From contig JAFUPZ010000060.1 of the NCBI GenBank assembly GCA_017472545.1, positions 1 through 43,840 on the forward strand: 43,840 bases of DNA, in the 5' to 3' direction. The position numbers and the translations under genes are program-made. Positions 9,370 to 18,368 of this stretch are shown piece by piece; the first letter of the stretch is position 1, and each line of letters begins with the position of its first letter. Source of the DNA: a bacterium. GTDB taxonomy: Bacteria > Cyanobacteriota > Vampirovibrionia > Gastranaerophilales > Gastranaerophilaceae. The notes beneath the pieces are model-generated. The model made no database searches. It was not told where the DNA came from and worked only from the letters and a program-made list of their open reading frames with translations.

Positions 9370-10433
9370 TAAAAGAAGTATTACAACAATTATGGAAAGA
9401 TAAATTTTCTAAAATAGCCCTTATCGTTTTAGGTGCAATATATTTCTGCTTACTTTTTGCCGATATAATTGCACCATATACAAAAGATTTTTCAGATAGA
9501 ACGATGGCATATGTTCCTCCATCAAAAGTTTTCACAATTGATGAAAACGGTAAATTTTCAAAGCCTTATACATACAATTACATAAGAGAATTTGACCCAG
9601 TAAATCTTGAAATAAAATATACGCTTGATCGAAGTGAAAAACACTATATAAAATTTTTCTCAAACGGTCAACCTTATAAATTTTTAGGGCTAATCCCTAT
9701 GAAATTCCATCTATTTACCACAGATGATAACGGCAGGATTTATCTACTAGGGACTGATATAAACGGAAGAGATGTATTTTCTCGACTATTATTCGGCGGT
9801 AGAATATCTATGACAATTGGCTTTTTAGCCTTATTAGTACTCTTTCCAATAGGTCTATTATATGGAGGAATTTCTGGGTACTTTGGTGGAAAAGTTGATG
9901 TTTTAATGATGAGATTTGCAGAAGCTATTATGTCTATTCCAAGCTTTTACTTATTAATAATCCTCGCATCAATTCTACCTTCAGGAATGACAAGTACGCA
10001 AAGGTTTATGCTTATTGTCTTGATTCTTGCACTTATTGGATGGGCTGGATTTGCCAGAGTTGTAAGAGGAATGGTTTTATCTATAAAAAATCAAGAATAT
10101 GTTCAAGCCGCTCAATCAATCGGAGCATCTAAACTTAGAATAATCACAAAACATATTTTGCCTCAAACTACAAGTTTTGTCATAGTTGCGATGACATTAT
10201 CTGTACCATCTTATATCTTGTCTGAATCAGGATTAAGCTTTCTTGGTTTAGGTATTCAACAACCAGATGCAAGCTGGGGGAATATGCTAAAAGAAGCACA
10301 AGAATTTACAAATATTTTATATAGACCATGGCTTTTAACTCCAGGATTTTTAATTTTTGTATCAGTTTTGGCATTCAACGTAATAGGTGATAATATAAGA
10401 GATATATTAGATCCAAAAAGTAAGATTAGATAA
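9366..10433 (+). CDS. ABC transporter permease (OppC/DppC-like)
   Basis: 355 aa. Contains LLGTDINGRDVFSRLLFG and YVQAAQSIGASKLRIITKHILP, both typical of OppC/DppC. The start overlaps the preceding stop (ATGA). Confidence 0.85.
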   Translation: MIKEVLQQLWKDKFSKIALIVLGAIYFCLLFADIIAPYTKDFSDRTMAYVPPSKVFTIDENGKFSKPYTYNYIREFDPVNLEIKYTLDRSEKHYIKFFSNGQPYKFLGLIPMKFHLFTTDDNGRIYLLGTDINGRDVFSRLLFGGRISMTIGFLALLVLFPIGLLYGGISGYFGGKVDVLMMRFAEAIMSIPSFYLLIILASILPSGMTSTQRFMLIVLILALIGWAGFARVVRGMVLSIKNQEYVQAAQSIGASKLRIITKHILPQTTSFVIVAMTLSVPSYILSESGLSFLGLGIQQPDASWGNMLKEAQEFTNILYRPWLLTPGFLIFVSVLAFNVIGDNIRDILDPKSKIR

Positions 10434-10450
10434 GTTTAGGATTTGGGAGA

Positions 10451-11155
10451 ATGAAAACAGACACTAAAATCGCAATAGGGATTTCTTCAATAATGATATT
10501 TATTGGATTATTTTTGTTTGTCTGGATTTTACCATTTTTATTTGTTTGGCTATCTTTTGGTACTGAACTTTCTAACGAAGAAAGCCTACCATACCTCCAA
10601 AAAGCTGTAAAATACTCAATATTCAAGCCCCAAAAACTATATACACTTGAAACTATAATCCCAACATTACTTGTTTTGGATAAAAATAAAGAAGCTATTT
10701 CTTATTATGAAATCTATGAAAAACAACATCCAGATAATGATAATTTGAATACAAAAGCAACTAAAACACTTGTTACTTATGCCTACATCAAGACTAACAA
10801 TTATGATAAAGCACTGAGAATTGCAAAAGACACAAATAATTTGTATCAACAAGCTAAAATTTATATCGCAACAAACAACTTAGATATGGCTAAAAAGACT
10901 GTTGAAGAGATTTTTTCTACAAAAACTAAATCTAAACTCCCATATCTTTATGTTGCACAAATTCAATTAAAAGAAGGTTATCCAAAATCGGCAAACACTT
11001 CTATTGACAAGCTTCTATTAGTTAACCCTCAACACACAGAAGCTCTTGAAACAAAAGCAGAAATATTAAAAGCTTTGGGGCTAACAGATGAATATAATAA
11101 ATATGTTAGAAAAATAGAAAAACTAAAAAAAGAGAGAAAAATTAAAAGAAAATAA
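10451..11155 (+). CDS. membrane-anchored TPR-repeat protein
   Basis: 234 aa with an N-terminal TM segment (IAIGISSIMIFIGLFLFVWILPFLFVWL) followed by TPR-like helical repeats and a Lys-rich tail. A GGGAGA RBS precedes the start. Confidence 0.55.
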   Translation: MKTDTKIAIGISSIMIFIGLFLFVWILPFLFVWLSFGTELSNEESLPYLQKAVKYSIFKPQKLYTLETIIPTLLVLDKNKEAISYYEIYEKQHPDNDNLNTKATKTLVTYAYIKTNNYDKALRIAKDTNNLYQQAKIYIATNNLDMAKKTVEEIFSTKTKSKLPYLYVAQIQLKEGYPKSANTSIDKLLLVNPQHTEALETKAEILKALGLTDEYNKYVRKIEKLKKERKIKRK

Positions 11156-11167
11156 TAAGAGGATAGT

Positions 11168-11911
11168 ATGGAAACAACAAGTATTGAAAACTTAACACAC
11201 ATATTCAATTTAGAATATTTTGTAAGATTGTTATTTGCAGTAATTTTTGGGTTCTGCATAGGTCTAGAAAGAGAATTAACAAACAAATACGCAGGATTAA
11301 GAACTCACATATTAGTTTGTTTAGGCGCTTGTGTATTTACATTAATATCAATTTACGGATTTCCGACATTTGCTCCCGGTGATAACGTAATTGTTGATAA
11401 TTCTACAGGTATCAGAGATACCTCCCGTGTTGCAGCTCAAATCGTTACAGGTATCGGTTTTATAGGTGCAGGTACAGTATTAAGAAACGGTCCAATTGTT
11501 CTTGGTTTAACAACTGCGGCAACATTATGGATTGCTGCAAGTATCGGTATGGCTTGCGGTGCAGGCATGTTTGATATTGCTTTTGCAGGAACAATTCTTG
11601 TAATTTTAACTCTTGTTTCTATCAGAGTTTTTGAAAGAAAAGTTCTCCCAACAAGTACTAAAAAAACTAGACGTATCAAAGTTGGTTTAGTTTGCGCAAA
11701 CGAAAACGCTCAAAAAATTCAAGAATACATAATTGATAAATACCCAAGTATTACAGAACTTACTAAAAAACAACTAGTAGCAGATTCAAATAGCATAAAG
11801 ATTACTTGCGTAATAGACGTTGCAACTAAAAAACCAATCAAAGATTTATATAAAGTTTTCCAAAAACAACAAGGTATTGAATCAATTTCAATCCAAGAAA
11901 CTTTAGACTAA
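11168..11911 (+). CDS. MgtC/SapB family membrane protein
   Basis: 247 aa. Contains GLERELTNKYAGLRTHILVCLGA and AAQIVTGIGFIGAGTVL, both characteristic of the MgtC family, plus a soluble C-terminal domain. An AAGAGGA RBS precedes the start. Confidence 0.75.
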   Translation: METTSIENLTHIFNLEYFVRLLFAVIFGFCIGLERELTNKYAGLRTHILVCLGACVFTLISIYGFPTFAPGDNVIVDNSTGIRDTSRVAAQIVTGIGFIGAGTVLRNGPIVLGLTTAATLWIAASIGMACGAGMFDIAFAGTILVILTLVSIRVFERKVLPTSTKKTRRIKVGLVCANENAQKIQEYIIDKYPSITELTKKQLVADSNSIKITCVIDVATKKPIKDLYKVFQKQQGIESISIQETLD

Positions 11912-11979
11912 TTAACAATTAGCTTTACATCAACGTGCCTTTACGTTACGATAAAGCAAAGAGTAAGGGAGAAATTATT

Positions 11980-12690
11980 TTGAAATATAAACGTATTTTA
12001 TTAAAAATTAGTGGGGAAGCACTTTTAGGCGAACAACAATTTGGGATTGACCAAAATCCTGTAAAAATGATTGCTAACGAAATCAAAAAAGTTAGAGATA
12101 TGGGAGCCGAAGTTGCTGTTGTTGTCGGCGGAGGTAACATTTTCCGCGGAATGAAAAACAGTGCAAAATTAGGTATGGATCAAGCTTCTGGAGATTATGT
12201 TGGTATGCTTGCAACTGTAATGAATGCAATAGCATTACAAAGCGCACTAAATCAAATCAACGTAGATTGTAGAGTTCAGTCAGCAATTGCGATGAATCAA
12301 ATTGCAGAACCATACATCAGACACAGAGCAATCAGACACCTTGAAAAAGGTAGAGTTGTTATTTTTGCGGCAGGAACTGGAAACCCATTTTTCACAACAG
12401 ACACCGCTTCAGCTTTAAGAGCATCTGAAATTAATGCAGAAGCAATGTTAATGGCAAAAAATGGAGTTGATGGGGTATACACAGACGACCCTAACACCAA
12501 CCCTGAAGCTAAGAAAATAGATAAAATGACTTATGATGATATTATCAAAAATGGCTTAAAAGTTATGGATACTGCAGCTTGCGCACTATGCAAACAAAAC
12601 AGTATTCCAATTGTTGTTTTTGACTTTAAAAAAGAAGATGGAATTAAGAACATCCTTGATGGTAAAGAAATAGGAACATATATCAGTTAA
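11980..12690 (+). CDS. pyrH: UMP kinase
   Basis: [22 protein letters not shown] and [17 protein letters not shown] motifs. I prefer the in-frame TTG at 11980, preceded by AAGGGAG (11966..11972), over the track start at 11935, which adds 15 non-conserved residues. Confidence 0.9.
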   Translation: MKYKRILLKISGEALLGEQQFGIDQNPVKMIANEIKKVRDMGAEVAVVVGGGNIFRGMKNSAKLGMDQASGDYVGMLATVMNAIALQSALNQINVDCRVQSAIAMNQIAEPYIRHRAIRHLEKGRVVIFAAGTGNPFFTTDTASALRASEINAEAMLMAKNGVDGVYTDDPNTNPEAKKIDKMTYDDIIKNGLKVMDTAACALCKQNSIPIVVFDFKKEDGIKNILDGKEIGTYIS

Positions 12691-12709
12691 TATACGAAAG
12701 AGGTAAAAA

Positions 12710-13276
12710 ATGTCAGAATCTTTAGAAGAATTATTTTTATTCGGCGAAGAAAAAATGGAAAAAGCGATTGCCCAACTTCAAAGAGAATTTGGTTCAATCA
12801 GAACTGGTCGTGCTAACCCAGGTATTTTAGATAAAGTTATCGTTGAATACTACGGAGCGTTAACTCCTCTAAGACAAATGTCACAAGTTACAGTTCAAGA
12901 CGGTACAACTTTGGTTATCACACCATATGATAAAACTATTATGAAAGAAATCGAAAAAGCTATCATCAAAGCTGAAATCGGAATTACTCCAAACAGTGAT
13001 GGTACTTGCATCAGATTAACTTTCCCACCTCTAACAGAAGATAGAAGAAGAGAAATTACAAAAGACGTTAGAAAAATCGGCGAAGATGCAAAAGTTGCAG
13101 TTAGAAATATCAGAAGAGATATGACTGATAACCTTAAAAAACTTGAAAAAAGTGAAAATCTTCCTGAAGATATGGTTAAAGATAACCAAGACAAAATCCA
13201 AAAACTAACAGACAAATACACTGCAAACATTGATGCAGCAGTAGCAGTAAAAGAAAAAGAGGTTATGACTGTATAA
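12710..13276 (+). CDS. frr: ribosome recycling factor
   Basis: 188 aa. Contains FGSIRTGRANPGILD, and LTEDRRREITK..AKVAVRNIRRD is diagnostic of Frr. An AAGAGG RBS precedes the start. Confidence 0.95.
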   Translation: MSESLEELFLFGEEKMEKAIAQLQREFGSIRTGRANPGILDKVIVEYYGALTPLRQMSQVTVQDGTTLVITPYDKTIMKEIEKAIIKAEIGITPNSDGTCIRLTFPPLTEDRRREITKDVRKIGEDAKVAVRNIRRDMTDNLKKLEKSENLPEDMVKDNQDKIQKLTDKYTANIDAAVAVKEKEVMTV

Positions 13277-14145
13277 TGATAAACTTAGGCTTGAATAATC
13301 ACGCAACAAGGATGCTAACAGGATTTATAATGGGTACAATCGTTATGGGTTGTATTATATTGGGTGGGTACGCACTACTAGCTCTTTTATTATTTATGCT
13401 TGCTGTTGGCTCTAGAGAGTATGTAAAAATTCTAAACAATAAAGGTTTTTATCCAAGCCTAAAAGTTATCTATTTTACGGAAATAATTCTCGCAACTGTA
13501 GTTTTTTGCAAAAGATTTGATTTAGTTGCAATCACATTGACAATTTGTGCAATGTGCTCATTTATGTGGGTTCTATTCAGAGGACGTCAACCATATATCG
13601 CCAATGTTGCAACAACATTACTAGGTATGGTTTATTGTGGTTGGTTCCCACTACATTTAATCTTTTTGAGAGATTTGTCTTGTGACAAATACGATAGCGG
13701 ACTTGGCTTCGTCGTTTTAATGTTTACAGCAATATTATTAACTGACATTGGCTGCTATTATGTTGGTTCAAGGTTTGGCAAAAACAAACTTGCACCTGTT
13801 ATTAGCCCAAATAAGACAATCGAAGGTTCAATAGGTGGCGGAATTTGCGCAATTATCGGTGCGGTTATCATTGGTTATTTTATTGAATTACCTTGGTATA
13901 TGTCTATATTTGCCGGCATAATTTGTACAATATTTGCTCAAATTGGTGATCTTTGCGAATCTCTTATTAAACGTGATGCAGGAGTAAAAGATTCAGGCTC
14001 AAGTTTACCTGGTCACGGCGGATTTTTAGACAGATCTGACAGCTTTGTATTGACATTGCCTATAATGTACTATTTCTGCAAATGCTTTATTTTTAACACA
14101 GAATGGATGACAACATTGGGTAATTTTGTGAAAGGATTGTTTTAA
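13276..14145 (+). CDS. cdsA: phosphatidate cytidylyltransferase
   Basis: 289 aa, polytopic. Carries the signature SRFGKNKLAPVISPNKTIEGSIGG...GDLCESLIKRDAGVKDSGSSLPGHGGFLDRSDS. Confidence 0.85.
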   Translation: MINLGLNNHATRMLTGFIMGTIVMGCIILGGYALLALLLFMLAVGSREYVKILNNKGFYPSLKVIYFTEIILATVVFCKRFDLVAITLTICAMCSFMWVLFRGRQPYIANVATTLLGMVYCGWFPLHLIFLRDLSCDKYDSGLGFVVLMFTAILLTDIGCYYVGSRFGKNKLAPVISPNKTIEGSIGGGICAIIGAVIIGYFIELPWYMSIFAGIICTIFAQIGDLCESLIKRDAGVKDSGSSLPGHGGFLDRSDSFVLTLPIMYYFCKCFIFNTEWMTTLGNFVKGLF

Positions 14146-14828
14146 TGAAATCTGTGGCTGAAATCTTTGGGATAGAAACCGTTACAGAAGAATATTATAA
14201 ACACGCACTTACACATTCGTCTTATACCAAAGAACACGAACTTCCAGAAAACCAATGTTATGAAAGACTTGAATTTCTGGGAGATGCTGTGCTTAAGCTT
14301 ACAATTTCTGATGTATTATTCAAAACTTATCCAGACTCTAGAGAAGGGGAGCTATCTAAAATTAGAAGTATTTTAGTTTCGGATAACACATTGGCAGAAA
14401 TTGCAAAATCTAATGGGCTTCAACAACTTATAATAATGAGTAAACACGAAGAAAAACAAGGTTGCAGAAACCTAAATTCTATTTGTGCTTGTGCTTTTGA
14501 AGCTGTTTTAGGTGCATATTATTTAGACGGTAAATTTAATGAAATTATCGAATATATAGAAAAAACCTTTAAACCTTATATTAAAGAAGTAGCTCAACAC
14601 TTTGAAAAATTTAATGCTAAAGCCATTTTACAAGAATATACACAAGGCTTAAACAAGAAAACTCCAGTTTATAAAGTTGTTAACGAATCTGGACCTCAAC
14701 ACAAAAAAACTTTTGAAGTTCAAGTTATATATAACGATGAAATTCTAGCAACAGAAACAGGATTAAGTAAAAAAGAAGCTGAACAAAAATGTGCACTTTC
14801 AGCTTGTAAAAAGTTAGGAATAGTATAG
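14145..14828 (+). CDS. rnc: ribonuclease III
   Basis: 227 aa with the RNase III signature ERLEFLGDAVL and a C-terminal dsRBD (GPQHKKTFEVQV...SKKEAEQKCA). Confidence 0.9.
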   Translation: MKSVAEIFGIETVTEEYYKHALTHSSYTKEHELPENQCYERLEFLGDAVLKLTISDVLFKTYPDSREGELSKIRSILVSDNTLAEIAKSNGLQQLIIMSKHEEKQGCRNLNSICACAFEAVLGAYYLDGKFNEIIEYIEKTFKPYIKEVAQHFEKFNAKAILQEYTQGLNKKTPVYKVVNESGPQHKKTFEVQVIYNDEILATETGLSKKEAEQKCALSACKKLGIV

Positions 14829-14830
14829 TT

Positions 14831-15475
14831 ATGTCAGAAATTATAATTTCACCATCAATATTATCTGCAGATTTTGCAAACTTAGAAAGAGATATTAAAG
14901 CTGTTGAAAAAGCTGGCGCAGATTGGATTCACGTAGATGTTATGGATGGGCATTTCGTACCAAATATTACTATCGGTTCTCCTGTAGTAAAATCACTTCG
15001 CGCGGTTACAGATTTACCTTTAGATGTTCATTTGATGATTGAAAACCCTGAAAAATATATCGAACCATTTGCAAAAGCAGGAGCAGATATAATCACTTTC
15101 CACTACGAAGCTGTAGCTACTGAAAACATCCAATCAATTATTGATAATATTAAATCATTTGGCATAAAAGCAGGAATGTCAATTAAACCAAAGACTTCTG
15201 CTGATGAAATTTTGAAATATTTACCACAACTTGATATGCTACTTGTTATGACAGTTGAACCTGGTTTTGGTGGTCAAAAATTCATGCAGGATTGCGCTGA
15301 AAAAATCCCAACAATCAAAGCTAACGCTCCAGACAATCTAATTATACAAGTAGACGGCGGAATTAATGCTGAAACTGCAAAAATTTGCACAAATCTTGGC
15401 GCAACTTCACTTGTTGCAGGAAATTATATCTATAAAGCTGAAGACATTGAACAAGCAATAAAATCTCTACGCTAA
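14831..15475 (+). CDS. rpe: ribulose-phosphate 3-epimerase
   Basis: 214 aa with SILSADFANL, HVDVMDGHFVPN, VEPGFGGQKF and VDGGIN motifs. Confidence 0.9.
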   Translation: MSEIIISPSILSADFANLERDIKAVEKAGADWIHVDVMDGHFVPNITIGSPVVKSLRAVTDLPLDVHLMIENPEKYIEPFAKAGADIITFHYEAVATENIQSIIDNIKSFGIKAGMSIKPKTSADEILKYLPQLDMLLVMTVEPGFGGQKFMQDCAEKIPTIKANAPDNLIIQVDGGINAETAKICTNLGATSLVAGNYIYKAEDIEQAIKSLR

Positions 15476-16582
15476 TTGGTCATTACCAACATTTTCACCT
15501 TTTCTAATTTTGGCTTTTAGAATTTTATCCAAATCAGCACTTGCAACTTTATCCGTTTCTGTTGCATTAGATTTTGCTGGGTCATTTTCAGCTTCGTCTG
15601 AATTGTTTTTCTTATCCGTATCAACTGCAATTCCTGCAACACCAGTAACATTTTCAAGCTCACCTTTATAACTTTGAGCTTTTGAAATATTATCTGAATT
15701 TGTTGATAATGAAGCTTCTTGAACAGCAGATGCAGTTTCCGAAGCATTAACCGCACGATGTCCTGATGCCTCTGCTCTAACACCGAATACTAAAGCTCTA
15801 AGATTTAGCCATCCACGTCCTCTTATTGATGCTAATAAATCTTGCCCAACACCAATAGTTTCTGTACCAAAATCTAAAGTATTCAAAATAACACCACTTT
15901 GAGCATTTATAGTTGATTCATAAACATTTAAGTCACCCTCAACTCCTGCAATATTAGCTTGTCCATCAGCTCCAAGTCTTTGTAGTTGAGAGTTCAATCT
16001 ATTAATTTTACCGAGCGCACCAGCATCATTTTCGCCATCATTCACACTCTTAACTTCATTTTTTAACTCTGTTTGAGTAGCTTCTGCTTTTGAAAGAAGT
16101 TCTTTCATATAATTATCAAGAGCTTGAATTTCATTATTTGATAGCTTTGCGGTTGTAGACATAAGAGCAGCTGATTCTAACGCTTCACCTCGAACTTGTC
16201 TACTATCACCTATGAAAACTCTAGCAACATCTATTAAAGTTGCACCAGATGCTTCCATATTTTCACGTTTTTCTTGTGCTGCTGTTTTAGGTTCTTCTTC
16301 AACTTCTGTACCTTCATCAGGTTCTGTTGATGCATCTGTAGAACTTGTTGTTGTAGCCGCAGATTCTGCTGATGGGGCAACAGTAGTTTGAGAATTTGCA
16401 GATTCAAACGTTGTTTCATCAGAATCACCAGAATTGACATCATTTAAAAATTCCTGAGCCCATTGTAAATATTGGCTCGGAACTTCGACACCTTGTTGTT
16501 CATATTTAATTATTTCTGGGGCGGTCAATTTACGCCATTCGATTTGTCTTGGTGAAATTGCCTCTATTCTTGAAACGTCCAT
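15467..16582 (-). CDS. hypothetical acidic protein with a low-complexity S/T/E-rich linker and a coiled-coil segment; sigma-28-type promoter upstream
   Basis: 371-aa ORF with an AAGGGTG RBS. I see no signal peptide or TM segment and recognise no family. The 3' end overlaps the rpe 3' end by 9 nt (convergent). Confidence 0.6.
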   Translation of the reverse strand: MDVSRIEAISPRQIEWRKLTAPEIIKYEQQGVEVPSQYLQWAQEFLNDVNSGDSDETTFESANSQTTVAPSAESAATTTSSTDASTEPDEGTEVEEEPKTAAQEKRENMEASGATLIDVARVFIGDSRQVRGEALESAALMSTTAKLSNNEIQALDNYMKELLSKAEATQTELKNEVKSVNDGENDAGALGKINRLNSQLQRLGADGQANIAGVEGDLNVYESTINAQSGVILNTLDFGTETIGVGQDLLASIRGRGWLNLRALVFGVRAEASGHRAVNASETASAVQEASLSTNSDNISKAQSYKGELENVTGVAGIAVDTDKKNNSDEAENDPAKSNATETDKVASADLDKILKAKIRKGENVGNDQLA

Positions 16583-16610
16583 AGTACACCCTTATTTAGT
16601 TATATATGAT

Positions 16611-16637
16611 ATGACGGCAAAAATTTTAAAAACTTTA
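16611..16637 (-). promoter_or_regulatory. sigma-28 (FliA/SigD)-type promoter
   Basis: The minus strand reads TAAAGTTT (16637..16630), an 11-nt spacer, then GCCGTCAT (16618..16611). It lies 28 nt upstream of the ATG at 16582. The established consensus is TAAAGTTT-N11-GCCGATAA. Confidence 0.6.
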
Positions 16638-16736
16638 ATTTCTAGCAACAAAAATAACAAAATGTAAACTCCCTCATCTGATTAAGGGATAACTTTTTGA
16701 AAAATTATGAATATAATAGGTTAAAAGAGGTAGCTT

Positions 16737-17147
16737 ATGACTAATAAAGAAATAACAAAAAAACTTTATGAAGAAATGATGGAAAAAGCCATCGAAGTTT
16801 CAAAAAATGCATACTGCCCATATTCCAAATTCGCAGTTGGTGCTTGTATTCTAACCGATACAGGAAACATCTATACAGGGTGTAACTATGAAAATGGAAG
16901 CTTTGGAATGACAATTTGCGCAGAACGAAACGCCGTTGGTACAGCCATCGCAAACGGCGAAAAAAAGGTAAAAGCTGTTGCTATATACTCTCCAAACAAA
17001 GATAATTGTGCACCTTGCGGAGCATGTAGAGAAGTTTTACACGAATTTAGCATCAATGACGAAGAACTTGATGTAATTCTTAAAGATAAAGATAAAATTG
17101 TAGTCCATAAATTATCATACTTATTACCAGAGAGCTTTAATCTATAA
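16737..17147 (+). CDS. cdd: cytidine deaminase
   Basis: 136 aa with the zinc-binding motifs CAERNA and PCGACRE. An AAGAGG RBS precedes the start. Confidence 0.9.
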   Translation: MTNKEITKKLYEEMMEKAIEVSKNAYCPYSKFAVGACILTDTGNIYTGCNYENGSFGMTICAERNAVGTAIANGEKKVKAVAIYSPNKDNCAPCGACREVLHEFSINDEELDVILKDKDKIVVHKLSYLLPESFNL

Positions 17148-17378
17148 ATGTACATTTTTGAACTAATAGCACAATATCTTAAGCCGAAAAAATATACGGC
17201 AAAATACTCCTACGATCCTTTGAACGAAAATGAAGTTGATGAGGATTCAGAAAATTGTGAGCATTTATTTTTACCTCTTGATAGCTCAAATGAGCATTTT
17301 GCTTGTAAATATTGTGGATTAGTTGTACCAAAAGAACAATTGAAAAATAAAAACATCTTTGAAAATAAGTCTTTTTAA
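17148..17378 (+). CDS. hypothetical small acidic protein with a C-terminal CxxC
   Basis: 76-aa ORF that starts immediately after the cdd stop (TAAATG). No recognised family. Confidence 0.35.
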   Translation: MYIFELIAQYLKPKKYTAKYSYDPLNENEVDEDSENCEHLFLPLDSSNEHFACKYCGLVVPKEQLKNKNIFENKSF

Positions 17379-17440
17379 TAATCAACAGTTCAATATAAAA
17401 AATCGACCTCCTTGTTTAACATAATTTCAGGGAGGTTTTT

Positions 17441-17734
17441 ATGAGTAAAAATTTGGGTGAAATAATCAACAATATAATGAAAGAAAATGCCACAAAACAG
17501 GTAATGATAATAACTGACAATATGTATATAATCGGAACAGTTCACGACTATCACGATGATTGCAAGAATTGCCACGATTGCTTAATAGCACTTAAAAATG
17601 TTAAAATATCAAAAATTGAAGATCTAGGTCATTGCAAATTTAACGAATGCGAATGTAATTTTGAAGCATTCTTAGAATACAAATGGTTCAATGTATCCAC
17701 CAATGCAATCGTTGGCTTTAGTATTTTAGGCTAA
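17441..17734 (+). CDS. hypothetical small Cys/His-rich protein
   Basis: 97 aa with a strong GGGAGG RBS 5 nt upstream of the start. Contains DDCKNCHDC...HCKFNECEC. A terminator follows the stop. Confidence 0.5.
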   Translation: MSKNLGEIINNIMKENATKQVMIITDNMYIIGTVHDYHDDCKNCHDCLIALKNVKISKIEDLGHCKFNECECNFEAFLEYKWFNVSTNAIVGFSILG

Positions 17735-17738
17735 ACGT

Positions 17739-17772
17739 AAAAAAGGGAAGCTCTGATTGAACTTCCCTTTGA
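17739..17772. terminator. bidirectional terminator hairpin between the 17441 ORF and rpsU
   Basis: aaaAAGGGAAGctctgattgaaCTTCCCTTtga: an 8-bp G/C-containing stem flanked by an A-run and a T-run. Confidence 0.5.
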
Positions 17773-17789
17773 GATTTATTAACTAAATC

Positions 17790-17963
17790 TTACACTTTTC
17801 TTTTACGAGCAGCTTCAGATTTGTGTTTTCTTTTTACGCTTGGCTTTTCGTATCTTTCACGTTTTTTAACTTCAGAAAGAATACCAGCTTTTTGGATTTT
17901 CTTTTTGAAACGTCTTAAAGCGCTTTCAATACTTTCGTTTTCGCCAACTTTAACTTCTGCCAT
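17790..17963 (-). CDS. rpsU: 30S ribosomal protein S21
   Basis: Absent from the ORF track because it is only 57 aa. The minus strand translates to [57 protein letters not shown], a typical bS21. An AAGGTGGTG RBS precedes the start. Confidence 0.9.
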   Translation of the reverse strand: MAEVKVGENESIESALRRFKKKIQKAGILSEVKKRERYEKPSVKRKHKSEAARKRKV

Positions 17964-18055
17964 TTATATTTTCACCACCTTTATAGCTTGTTTAAATTTG
18001 GATTACACCCAATTATAAAACAAACCAATTAAAAAAACAAGGGGGCAGACCATCC

Positions 18056-18286
18056 TTATCTGTGGAAATAGTCACAAATAAGCTTTTCTTGACGCGGAAG
18101 CAGATGTTTAATTCGATTAACTAATGATTTATTTTTCAAATCATCAAGTTGTTTATTCAATATAGCTTTTTCGATAAGAATTTTATTGTATAAATCTGAA
18201 CAAACTTCGCTTTTATCAATATGTTCTTTTAATTTCGACAGCTGTATTTCTTTTTCACGTATAGAAGAAATAATTTCTCGTTTCAC
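18056..18286 (-). CDS. hypothetical small coiled-coil protein
   Basis: 76-aa ORF downstream of, and co-oriented with, the oxidoreductase operon. Heptad-like, Lys/Glu-rich sequence. Confidence 0.35.
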   Translation of the reverse strand: MKREIISSIREKEIQLSKLKEHIDKSEVCSDLYNKILIEKAILNKQLDDLKNKSLVNRIKHLLPRQEKLICDYFHR

Positions 18287-18368
18287 TTTAATTAAACCTC
18301 TTATATATCACATGTAAAGAATAAACTGTCTTGTCAAATTTTAAATCAACTTTTTAGGTGATTTCAAA

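Noticed and set aside
17821-18018. 65-aa plus-strand ORF in the track
   Set aside because: It lies antisense to the clearly recognisable rpsU gene (17790..17963) and its RBS region. The sequence is hydrophobic and low-complexity and has no RBS.
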